A stretch of DNA of 64,000 bases from positions 5,120,001-5,184,000 of the forward strand of contig OZ242296.1 of assembly GCA_965207735.1 (NCBI GenBank). The letters run 5' to 3'. The DNA comes from Candidatus Versatilivorator sp. (GTDB lineage: Bacteria; Acidobacteriota; Terriglobia; Versatilivoradales; Versatilivoraceae). This document shows, in pieces, positions 16,240 to 24,833 of the stretch (its first letter is position 1; each line of letters starts with the position of its first letter). The notes below the pieces were generated by a model, which was given only the letters and a program-made list of their open reading frames with translations, was not told where the DNA came from and ran no database searches. The position numbers and the translations under genes are program-made.

Positions 16240-19038
16240 TTGAGAAAAGCTGATCTTCAGAGTCACGGCTGTTCGCGCCGGAATCGATCCGCCGGATTAT
16301 TCTGGTCTCTCGCCCCGGTAGTTGCCTGGGCTGTCCTGGCAGGGCAGGACACTGTCTCTCAAGCTTCGAAGCCGGATGCCACCGCCGGGTATGTCGACCC
16401 GCAAACCTGTCAGCCCTGTCACTCCGACATCCATGACAGTTATCAGCAAGTCGCCATGGGCCGCTCCTTCTATGTACCCACGGCAGAGAACGTCATCGAG
16501 GACTACGAGGTCAACAACCACTTCTTCCACGAGCTTTCCAACCGCCACTATCGGATGATTCAGCGCGACGGGCGGTTCTACCAGAGGCGCTACCAACTGG
16601 ATGCCCAGGGCCGCGAGCAGAATGTCTTCGAGATGGAGGCCACCCACATCATCGGCTCGGGAATCCACGCCCGCAGCTATCTCCATCTGGACGCCGGCGG
16701 CGTGCTGAGGCAGCTGCCGGCGAGCTGGTATACCCAGGAGCAGCGCTGGGCCATGAGTCCAGGCTACGACCGGTCCGACCATGAGGGTTTCAGCCGGCAG
16801 GTGACCCATGCCTGCATGTTCTGCCACAATGCCTATCCGCCCCTTCCGGAACCCTCGGACCGGCTTGGGCTCGACAGCCGTTTCCCCAGGGAACTGCCGT
16901 CGGGGATCGACTGCCAGCGCTGCCACGGTCCCGGCGCCCGGCACCTGGAGCTGGTTTCCAGCGGCAGGGCGGATGCGGCCGACCTCCGCCGGGCCATTGT
17001 GAATCCGGTCCGTCTGGGTCCCGAGCGGGAATTGGAGGTCTGCATGCAGTGCCACCTGCCGGTGGCCACCGCCGGCCCTCACATCCAGCGTTTCGGGCGC
17101 TCGATCTACTCCTACCGGCCGGGCGAACCCCTGGCGGACTACGCCGTCCGGTTCGATCTGGTCAATCCCGAGACCCGGAAGTTGAGCGAGCGGTTCGAGG
17201 TGGACAGCAGCAGCTATCGCCTGCGCCGGTCGCCCTGCTTCATCGGCAGCCGGGGAAAGATGACCTGCACCACCTGTCATGATCCCCATCACGCTCCCCG
17301 CGGGGAAGAAGCGGTGCGGCACTATCGGGAGCGCTGTCTGGATTGTCACGCCGAGGTGTCGCCGCTGGCCCATCCCCAGCCGGGGGAGAGCGATTGCGCG
17401 AGCTGCCATATGCCCCAGCGCCGCACCCAGGACGCGGTTCACGTGGTGATGACCGATCACTTCATCCAGCGCTACCCTCCCCCAAGGGACCTGCTGGCGC
17501 CCCTCAAGGAAGACCACTCCCCCAATCCCGACGAGGTGGTGTTGCACCAGCCGGATGCGTTGCCCGATTCGGAACGGGAAATTTACCGGGGATTGGGACA
17601 GATTCGGTCCCCGGTCCATTTTGCCCGGGGGGTGGACCGGCTGGAACTGGCCCTTCCCCAATGGCAGGGGAGCAGTCCTGAGCCCTACCTTCAGTTGGCC
17701 CTGGTGCAGGTGGAGTCGGGAGACCTGGATCAAGCCGGAATCCATCTGAGACGAGCCCTGGAGGCCGATCCGGAGCTGGCGCCCGCCCGCTTTCGGTTGG
17801 GGGAGGTGCTGAGGAAGCAGGGCCGTCCGGACGAGGCGGCCGAGCAGTACCGGCACACCCTTCGCCTCAATCCCGGCCACGCCGCCGCCCGCAACGGCCT
17901 GGGACTGATCCTGAAGGAGCGGCAACAGATCGAGGCGGCGCAGGAACACTTTCGACTGGCTTTGCGCAGCGATCCTCTGCTGGCGGACGCCCATGCCAAT
18001 TCAGGAACCATATTTCTGCAGCAGGGTCAGGTAGACGAGGCCACCCGGGAGTTTTATCGCGCTTTGCAGATCGAACCCAACAACCCCGGGGTATACCGCT
18101 CGCTGGGGGTGGCTCGGGCGGGGTTGGGCCGACACCCGCAAGCCGTCAGCGACTTTCAGCAGGCCATCTCGCTAAAGCCGGAGGACGCCGAAGCCCATTA
18201 CAACCTGGGTCTGTCTCAGAACGAGCTGGGCCGGCACGGGGAAGCCATTCGCGCCTTTCGAAAAGCCATCGACCTCAGAAGCGACTATGCCGAAGCCCAT
18301 TCCAGCCTGGGAGTGACCTATGGCCAGGCGGAGCGCCTGCCGGAGGCGGTGGAGGCCTTTCGGCAGGCGGTCAAGATCGATCCCGACTACGGCGAGGCCT
18401 ATTCCAACCTGGGTCTGGTTCTGGGCCAACTGGGGCAATGGAGGGAGGCTGCCGCGGCCCTGGCTCAAGTGGTCCGCATCGATCCGGAGGATGCCGAGAC
18501 CTGCCTCAAACTGGGTCTTGCCTACGGCCAGGCCAGTCAATTCCAGCAAGCGGTGGAGTCCTTTCAGCAGGCCATCGAGATCAAGCCCGACTTTGCCGAA
18601 GCCTACTCCAACCTGGGGGCGGCCTTCGGCCAACTGGGCCGGCACCAGGAAGCCGGTCAGGCCTTCCGGGAAGCCGTGCGCCTGCAGCCCGAATCATTGC
18701 AGGCTCACCTCCATCTTGGAACGGCCTACGTGAAATTGGGGCGCCTGCCGGAGGCCATCCAGGCTTTTCATGGGGCTACCCGCATCAAGCCCGACCTGGT
18801 CCAACTGCACCAGTTCATTGGGGAAGCCCACGCCCAGTTGGGACAGCCGCAACGGGCCATCCCCGCCTTCAGGCAGGTTCTCCGTTTCAAGCCTGGAGAT
18901 GTCGCCGCGCGCTTTCATCTTGGGCTGGCCTATCTGGAGGCAGGAGACAGAGCCTCGGCCCTGGAGCAGTACCGCAAGCTGAAAGATCTGGATGAGGCCA
19001 GGGCGGCAGAGTTGATGGATCAAATCAACCGAAATTAA
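16240..19038 (+). CDS. Heptaheme cytochrome c - TPR fusion protein (paralog 2, longest TPR array)
   Basis: Seven CxxCH (CQPCH, CMFCH, CQRCH, CMQCH, CTTCH, CLDCH, CASCH) plus TPRs. Start uncertain: track start 15970 runs over a REP, while TTG 16240 precedes the hydrophobic signal. Confidence 0.85.
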   Translation: MRKADLQSHGCSRRNRSAGLFWSLAPVVAWAVLAGQDTVSQASKPDATAGYVDPQTCQPCHSDIHDSYQQVAMGRSFYVPTAENVIEDYEVNNHFFHELSNRHYRMIQRDGRFYQRRYQLDAQGREQNVFEMEATHIIGSGIHARSYLHLDAGGVLRQLPASWYTQEQRWAMSPGYDRSDHEGFSRQVTHACMFCHNAYPPLPEPSDRLGLDSRFPRELPSGIDCQRCHGPGARHLELVSSGRADAADLRRAIVNPVRLGPERELEVCMQCHLPVATAGPHIQRFGRSIYSYRPGEPLADYAVRFDLVNPETRKLSERFEVDSSSYRLRRSPCFIGSRGKMTCTTCHDPHHAPRGEEAVRHYRERCLDCHAEVSPLAHPQPGESDCASCHMPQRRTQDAVHVVMTDHFIQRYPPPRDLLAPLKEDHSPNPDEVVLHQPDALPDSEREIYRGLGQIRSPVHFARGVDRLELALPQWQGSSPEPYLQLALVQVESGDLDQAGIHLRRALEADPELAPARFRLGEVLRKQGRPDEAAEQYRHTLRLNPGHAAARNGLGLILKERQQIEAAQEHFRLALRSDPLLADAHANSGTIFLQQGQVDEATREFYRALQIEPNNPGVYRSLGVARAGLGRHPQAVSDFQQAISLKPEDAEAHYNLGLSQNELGRHGEAIRAFRKAIDLRSDYAEAHSSLGVTYGQAERLPEAVEAFRQAVKIDPDYGEAYSNLGLVLGQLGQWREAAAALAQVVRIDPEDAETCLKLGLAYGQASQFQQAVESFQQAIEIKPDFAEAYSNLGAAFGQLGRHQEAGQAFREAVRLQPESLQAHLHLGTAYVKLGRLPEAIQAFHGATRIKPDLVQLHQFIGEAHAQLGQPQRAIPAFRQVLRFKPGDVAARFHLGLAYLEAGDRASALEQYRKLKDLDEARAAELMDQINRN

Positions 19039-20432
19039 CGCACCAGCCGGGATTTGGGGAACTGGTTGAGCCAGCCAAACCAGAAGGCTCGATGGGCGGG
19101 AAGTCTCAACCGCTTCTCCCCCGCTTTGTTGGTGAGGGCCTCCTCGCTGACCCTCCAGGATTGCTTGCGGCTGTCCGTCAGCTTGGCCTTGCGGTTCCAG
19201 CGGGTGAAGGTCACTCCGGTGGCGTCGTAGACACGGTTGGCGCCCGAACGGTCGGTCAGGATGACCACCGACTGAGAGCCCACCCGATCATGGTAGAGCG
19301 GGTTCGTACCCAGGAAATCGGTGTCAAAGGCCACCGCCTCCCCCTCCAGCAGCAGGGCCACCACCTCCTGTTTGTTGGGAAGGCGCTGGTCCCGGTAGCG
19401 GACCGGAAACATCAGGGACTGAGTCCCGAAATAGGCGCGGTAGGCCACGCCTTCGCCATAGTCGCGCCGGTGGCCGGTTTCCAGGGAGAGCACCCGGGTT
19501 CGGGGGTGGCTTTTTCTCCAAGCGCTCCAGGTGGTGGTCACGATGGGAAGCCGTTTCAGCTTCAGTTCCGATCCCACCAGCTTGCCGGCGACAGGAATCC
19601 CTTCCAGGGCCGACCAGAGCGAGCGGGTCTGGCGGTCGTACATGAGCTTGTTGGAGCGGAAGAGAAAGCCGCTGGTCCCGAAATCGAACTGCCGCTTGCC
19701 GACCCGCTGGTCGTAGAGCACGGCTGATCCGCACAGGGTACAGTAGGCGCAGGTCACATCCATGCCGCCCACGGTGTCATTGAAGAGCTCGTGCCAGGCC
19801 AGGATGCGCTTGGGATAGGCTTTGGCTTCCCCGTTGAGGTATACCCCGAAAATCACGTCGGTTCCATCCAGATAAGCGGCTTCCCCGGCTTCGATGAACC
19901 TGGGATGCTCCAGAGGGGGGATTCCATCCACCTTCACCCCACCCCACACGATCTCGTCCAGGCGGATGGTGTGCTTCATACCCGGATAGAACCACCAGTG
20001 AAACCGCTCGTCGATGGGGGCGTGGATTTCGGCCTTGAAGGCCGGATAGAAGGGATGCACTTCGAAATCCTGTTCCCACAGCCACTCCATCATGGGGTAG
20101 AGGTCTCGATCCACATCCTGGCCGGTCTTCCTCTCCAACAGGTCCCACAACTTGCCTGCCGGAGTCTCGTCGTCGAACAGGAGCTCCTGGCGGGGGGCGA
20201 AAAAACGCAGCGTTTCCACCACCATCGGCGCCAGGCTCATCTCCCATTCGGCCTCGAAGGCTTCCAGGGCTCCTTCTTTCTGGTCCAGGAAGTCGAACAA
20301 GTACTGCACCACCTGCTTCTGACGCTCGGTTCCCTGGGGAGATTCGCCGGCGGGCAGGGTCGCCGAGACCCCGGCCGGGTGCAGACCGAGCAGGACAGCC
20401 AGTAGTGCCGAAGTGAACATTTGTGCCGCCAT
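19035..20432 (-). CDS. DUF3179 domain protein (exported, CxxC motif)
   Basis: WGGVKVDGIPPL, AKAYP..ILAWHELFND, YCTLCGS, FGTSGFLFRSNKLMYDRQTRSLW, AFWFGW; GGAG RBS before ATG 20432; stop overlaps the convergent gene (TTAA). Confidence 0.88.
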   Translation of the reverse strand: MAAQMFTSALLAVLLGLHPAGVSATLPAGESPQGTERQKQVVQYLFDFLDQKEGALEAFEAEWEMSLAPMVVETLRFFAPRQELLFDDETPAGKLWDLLERKTGQDVDRDLYPMMEWLWEQDFEVHPFYPAFKAEIHAPIDERFHWWFYPGMKHTIRLDEIVWGGVKVDGIPPLEHPRFIEAGEAAYLDGTDVIFGVYLNGEAKAYPKRILAWHELFNDTVGGMDVTCAYCTLCGSAVLYDQRVGKRQFDFGTSGFLFRSNKLMYDRQTRSLWSALEGIPVAGKLVGSELKLKRLPIVTTTWSAWRKSHPRTRVLSLETGHRRDYGEGVAYRAYFGTQSLMFPVRYRDQRLPNKQEVVALLLEGEAVAFDTDFLGTNPLYHDRVGSQSVVILTDRSGANRVYDATGVTFTRWNRKAKLTDSRKQSWRVSEEALTNKAGEKRLRLPAHRAFWFGWLNQFPKSRLVR

Positions 20433-20591
20433 GGTTGCTCCAACGCGATGGGATATTCTCATATCGCACATTTCGAGGATGAATGCCAGCCCCAAGTACG
20501 GGCGGCGTGGCGGATCGCATCGCTTCCGGAAGGCGAAGGCCGATGAGGTGGGAGGTTCTGGGACACCAGGCAGGGGAATCGGTAGATACTT

Positions 20592-20816
20592 GAGGCGTTT
20601 GCAAAATTCATCAGCGGGACCTTTGCCGGGAATGGCCACAAAAGGCACAAAAACACAAAAAGAACCATCGGATGGGCAAGTCTCGAAATCAAGAAACTCG
20701 TTTTGTGCCTTTTGTGCTTGTTGTGGTTTCTGTTGTCTCTTGTGCTTATCGTGGTGAATCAAAACCTGTTCCGAGCCTCCATAAAACGGTTGGCTGCGGA
20801 ATTTTGCAAAAGGCTC
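20592..20816. mobile_element. 225-bp MITE-like element with terminal inverted repeats and a 4-bp target duplication
   Basis: Ends GAGGCGTTTGCAAAATTC and GAATTTTGCAAAAGGCTC; ACTT on both sides (20588-20591, 20817-20820); contains a 9-mer inverted-arm hairpin. Confidence 0.7.
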
Positions 20817-21012
20817 ACTTCATAATTCATTACAAATGGTGCCCAGGATTACAGGACGCCGGACTGGCACAGGCAATCCCGTATGCCCTGTCCACCGATG
20901 TAAATGAGCCCTGTAGCTCACGAGGCGGCGGAAAGAGCCCCTCGCCGCCAACTGAGTTAAAATCGGCCGGCCGATGGTGTAAAATAGAAGCCTACATTCC
21001 TTTTCTTCAATC

Positions 21013-23424
21013 ATGGGTTGGATGACGATGCATCTACGCACATGGCTTCGGCATTGCGCCCCTTTGCTGGTCATTGGGCTGACCGTGGCATTTTGGGCGC
21101 CAACTCCAGTGCCCGCTGCTCCTGACGAACAGGAGCCGAAATCCGACGAGTCATCGCCGGGCTTCACCTTCAGGGTCCCGGTGAACGTGGTGCTGGTGAA
21201 CGTTACCGTCGCCGACAAGGCCGGCAGGCCGGTCAAGGACCTGACCGTCGAGGACTTCAAGCTCTATGAGGACGGCAAGCGCCAACGGATTCAAAGCTTT
21301 GAGGTGGAATCCAGTCAACTGGAGCCCGGGACCAATGGGGCGGATGCAGCCGCCAAACGCACGGGGCCGCCCACCCCAGGTGCACAGGTTGCAGCCGAAG
21401 AGTCAGGCGACCGCACCCGGCTGATCAGTTACTTCATCGACGACCTGACGGCCCGTTCCCCCAGATACTTTTTCTGGGTCGTATCCGCGCTGCAGAAGTT
21501 TATTGCCGAGGAGATGGGTCCGCAGGACCAGGTGGGCGTCTTTTCGGCCTCGGGACATGTCCGAATCCCCTTCACCGGCGACCGCAAGCTGCTTCGGGAA
21601 CGGATCGAGGACCTCCACATCGGGAAGTTCTACCTGTCCCGCCCCTATCGCAGCCGCTGCCCGGTCATGTCCGACATGCAGGCGATCCGGATCGTGGACG
21701 GACACCAGGGGATCGATTTCACCCGGGCCTTCAGGGAGGCCAGCAGGTGCATCGAAGTGCGGGATCTGGACCCGGGCGACATCGAACAGCACGTGCGCGC
21801 CGAAGCTTTTCACCAGTACTCGGGAGCCCAGACGGCCATCCAGAAGATGGTGGCGGCCCTGCGCCACCATCTCCAGACCCTGCAGCATTTTACGGCCAGC
21901 AAATCGGTGGTGCTCTTTTCGGACGGATTCGTCCCGGCGAGGCCCATGCGCTGGAGGTTGGACCAGGTCGTGAGCCGGGCTCTGCGCTCCCGGGTGGCCG
22001 TCAACGTGGTGGACATTCGAGGACTGTACACCGTCGGCTTCGAGGCCGCCAACAATGATCTGGCCAGGAACCTGACCGGTGAACCGATCAGCCAGGAGGA
22101 CTTCAATGCGGGCCTGGACATGGCCAGCGAATTCTCCGGTCTCTTCCGGGACCAGACCTATCAGCGCCGCCCCCTGGAAAAGCTGAGCGAGGAGACCGGG
22201 GGCATCCTGTTCACCGACAACAACGACCTGGTAGCGGGCCTAGGCCAGATCAGCAATACCCAGTCCTATTACTATGTGCTCTCTTACGCTTCCCCCGATC
22301 AGAAGGCCAACGGCAAGTACCACAAGATCCGGGTGGAAGTGGACCGTCCCGCCCTCGAGCTCAGTTACCGCCGAGGCTACTATGCTCCCCGGGAGATCCT
22401 CTCCCTGGAGGACCGCAAGAACGAAGACATTCAACTGGCCCTGGCCGCCCCGGGGAATTTCGATGAGATTCCGCTGCAACTGGACTACCGTTCGTCTCCG
22501 GCCCAGGATGACCGCTATCGCCTGAGCGTCTTCACCAACGTCGGTATCGCGGGGGTGCCCTTTCGGCAGGAGGGAGAACGGCGTCAGAATCTCCTCCATT
22601 TGTTGCTGATGGTCTACGACCAGGATGGCGAGCGCGTGGACGGGTCCCAGAAGACCATCGAACTGAACCTGAGCGAATCCAGCTACCGCACCATGCTCCA
22701 GCGCGGCTTCACCACCAGAACCGACCTGGAGGTTCCTGTCGGCCTCTACAATGTCAAGGCGGTGGTCAGAGAAAGCCACCAGACCCGGATGGGGTCGCTC
22801 GACGAGACGGTCACTCTGCCCCTTCCTGAGAGCGCCCCGCCTGCCCCCCAATCTCCCGCTGACCTCGGGGTTGCGGAAGCGGTTGCACCCGCCCTTCCCG
22901 AGGAGTTCGTACCCTCGGAATCCGCCCGCCCGACCTCGGCTGACGAAGACCCGGACCCGTCCCTGCCCGCGGGCGGTCTGGAGAGCAGCCGGTTGGTGCT
23001 GACCCAGCAGCTCACGCCGCTGGCCGATCTGAACGCCGAACTGCAGGCCAGTCTGCTGGAGAGCGGGGAGGCCATGATCTTCGGAGACGTCCAGATTCAT
23101 TCTCCGCTGGACGACCGGATCGACCGCCAATTCCCCGTCACCTTTTTCTATACCCTCTACAACCTGATGTATCCCCGGGAGAGCCAGGGAATGACGGCCA
23201 AGATTCAATTGACCGACAGGTGGGGCCAGGTCAGTCGGTTTCCCTTGATCACCTTGAGTGAAGGCCAGATCGAGCCTCTGGCAGAGGGCGTTGTGAATGT
23301 GGCCTTCAACCTGTCTTTCAAGAACGTGGAGCCCGGCCAGTACAAGCTGACCCTGATGACCCGGGCGCCCGGAGCCAGCGGCCAGTCGGTCGGCGCCCGG
23401 GCCACGGTGACGGTCCTGCAGTAG
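21013..23424 (+). CDS. Acidobacterial VWA domain-containing protein
   Basis: FRVPVNVVLVNVTVADKAGRPVKDLTVEDFKLYEDGKRQRI, KSVVLFSDGF, LSEETGG, YYVLSY, GKYHKIRVEV..YRRGYYAP. Confidence 0.9.
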   Translation: MGWMTMHLRTWLRHCAPLLVIGLTVAFWAPTPVPAAPDEQEPKSDESSPGFTFRVPVNVVLVNVTVADKAGRPVKDLTVEDFKLYEDGKRQRIQSFEVESSQLEPGTNGADAAAKRTGPPTPGAQVAAEESGDRTRLISYFIDDLTARSPRYFFWVVSALQKFIAEEMGPQDQVGVFSASGHVRIPFTGDRKLLRERIEDLHIGKFYLSRPYRSRCPVMSDMQAIRIVDGHQGIDFTRAFREASRCIEVRDLDPGDIEQHVRAEAFHQYSGAQTAIQKMVAALRHHLQTLQHFTASKSVVLFSDGFVPARPMRWRLDQVVSRALRSRVAVNVVDIRGLYTVGFEAANNDLARNLTGEPISQEDFNAGLDMASEFSGLFRDQTYQRRPLEKLSEETGGILFTDNNDLVAGLGQISNTQSYYYVLSYASPDQKANGKYHKIRVEVDRPALELSYRRGYYAPREILSLEDRKNEDIQLALAAPGNFDEIPLQLDYRSSPAQDDRYRLSVFTNVGIAGVPFRQEGERRQNLLHLLLMVYDQDGERVDGSQKTIELNLSESSYRTMLQRGFTTRTDLEVPVGLYNVKAVVRESHQTRMGSLDETVTLPLPESAPPAPQSPADLGVAEAVAPALPEEFVPSESARPTSADEDPDPSLPAGGLESSRLVLTQQLTPLADLNAELQASLLESGEAMIFGDVQIHSPLDDRIDRQFPVTFFYTLYNLMYPRESQGMTAKIQLTDRWGQVSRFPLITLSEGQIEPLAEGVVNVAFNLSFKNVEPGQYKLTLMTRAPGASGQSVGARATVTVLQ

Positions 23425-23647
23425 CAGCCTTTCCGATATTCCCTAAACGCGCCCAGGGTGCTATGATTGCGAAAGGAAATCATCAGTGGAAATGGCAGCG
23501 GTCGGAGGGACTTTTCTTTCAGCGGGGGCTTTCTGAGGCAGGGTGGCTGCCGGAACCGGGAAGCCGCTCATTGTCGTCGTTGCCGCTGATCCCATTGCGC
23601 CATTAGAATCTCCGGGTGCCACGGGCATGCCGGGAACAGGAGGCTGC

Positions 23648-24766
23648 ATGTCACGTCTGGTCAAGTCTTCAGGGTTGCCGCTTCTGGTGGTGGCGCTCTT
23701 CGGCCTGTTCGCCCCCGAGGTTTGCGAGGCTCAGAGAGCGCAGGTTATGGGGCAGGTCAAGGGGGTTGACGGCAAACCTCTGAAGGGTGCCGTGATTCAC
23801 ATCGATGACACCCAGACCGTGCGAAAGTTCACGGTCAAGACCAACAAGAAGGGCCGCTACTTTCACGGAGCCATCCCCCTGGGTTACTACCGGGTGAGTG
23901 TGCAGGTGAACGGCACGGAAATGCACGCGGTGCCCCGGGTGAGGATTTACCGGACCAAGCGGCCGGGCGACACCTTTGCCTATGATGCCGAACCCGTTAA
24001 GGTGGACTTCGATCTTGAGGCAATCGCCAAGTTGAAAAAGAAGCGTCAGCAGGCCCTGGCCAAACGCTCGGTCGCCGAAGTCGCCGCCGATCGCGCCAAG
24101 CAGGAAGAGCGCAAGTTCGGCCACATGAACGAGGCGTTCAAGAAGGGCCGGGAACATTTCCATGCCAGGCGCTTCCGGCAGGCCTTGCAGGCCTACGTCC
24201 AGGCGGCCGAGATGGACCCGCGGCAACACATCATTTTCGCAGAGATGGGGGAGGCGCACCGGGCATTGCGGAAATACGATGCTGCCATTGAGAGCTACCA
24301 GAAGGCCCTTACGGTTCTGGCTCAGAACCCCGACTCCAAGGTGGGCGCCAAGTATCAGATGAATCTGGGCCTGCTTTACGGGTTGATGGACAAGACCGAC
24401 AAAGCCCTGGGGGCCATCAACCAGGCCCTGGAATTGAATCCCGGGGGCGCGGACCTGGCCTATTTCAACCTGGGGGCTACCCTGGTGAACAGCGGCCGAA
24501 ACGAGGGGGCCATCAGCGCCTTCAGGAAAGCCCTCGAAGCCAATCCCGAACATGCCAATTCCCAATACCAACTGGGAGTCTGCCTGCTGGGGATGGCCAC
24601 TGTGGACGAGCAGGGAAGGTCCATTCCGCCTCCGGGCACCCTGGAGGCCTTCAAGAAATACGTGGAGTTGGAACCTTCGGGTCCCTATGCCGCCGAAGCC
24701 AACAGCATGATTCAGGCACTGGCGGCTCAAGTGAAGACCACCTTCGACGCCAAGAAGGACAAGTAG
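23648..24766 (+). CDS. Exported TPR protein with N-terminal carboxypeptidase-regulatory-like domain
   Basis: GGAGG RBS before ATG 23648; GQVKGVDGKPLKGAVI..KTNKKGRY; TPR repeats; KKYVELEPSGPYAAEA terminus. Confidence 0.85.
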   Translation: MSRLVKSSGLPLLVVALFGLFAPEVCEAQRAQVMGQVKGVDGKPLKGAVIHIDDTQTVRKFTVKTNKKGRYFHGAIPLGYYRVSVQVNGTEMHAVPRVRIYRTKRPGDTFAYDAEPVKVDFDLEAIAKLKKKRQQALAKRSVAEVAADRAKQEERKFGHMNEAFKKGREHFHARRFRQALQAYVQAAEMDPRQHIIFAEMGEAHRALRKYDAAIESYQKALTVLAQNPDSKVGAKYQMNLGLLYGLMDKTDKALGAINQALELNPGGADLAYFNLGATLVNSGRNEGAISAFRKALEANPEHANSQYQLGVCLLGMATVDEQGRSIPPPGTLEAFKKYVELEPSGPYAAEANSMIQALAAQVKTTFDAKKDK

Positions 24767-24833
24767 AGGCACCCACTAGCCCTTCCGTCCTGTCTCTGCC
24801 AAGGATGATGGCGTCCGCCCGGGATGGTCCCAA

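Noticed and set aside
19035-20432. DUF3179 as a selenoprotein
   Set aside because: The motif is CTLC with Cys codons and there is no in-frame TGA.
20433-20762. N-terminal extensions of track ORFs (19035..20762, 15970 start, 33603 start)
   Set aside because: They run through repeat elements; better RBS and signal-peptide starts lie downstream.
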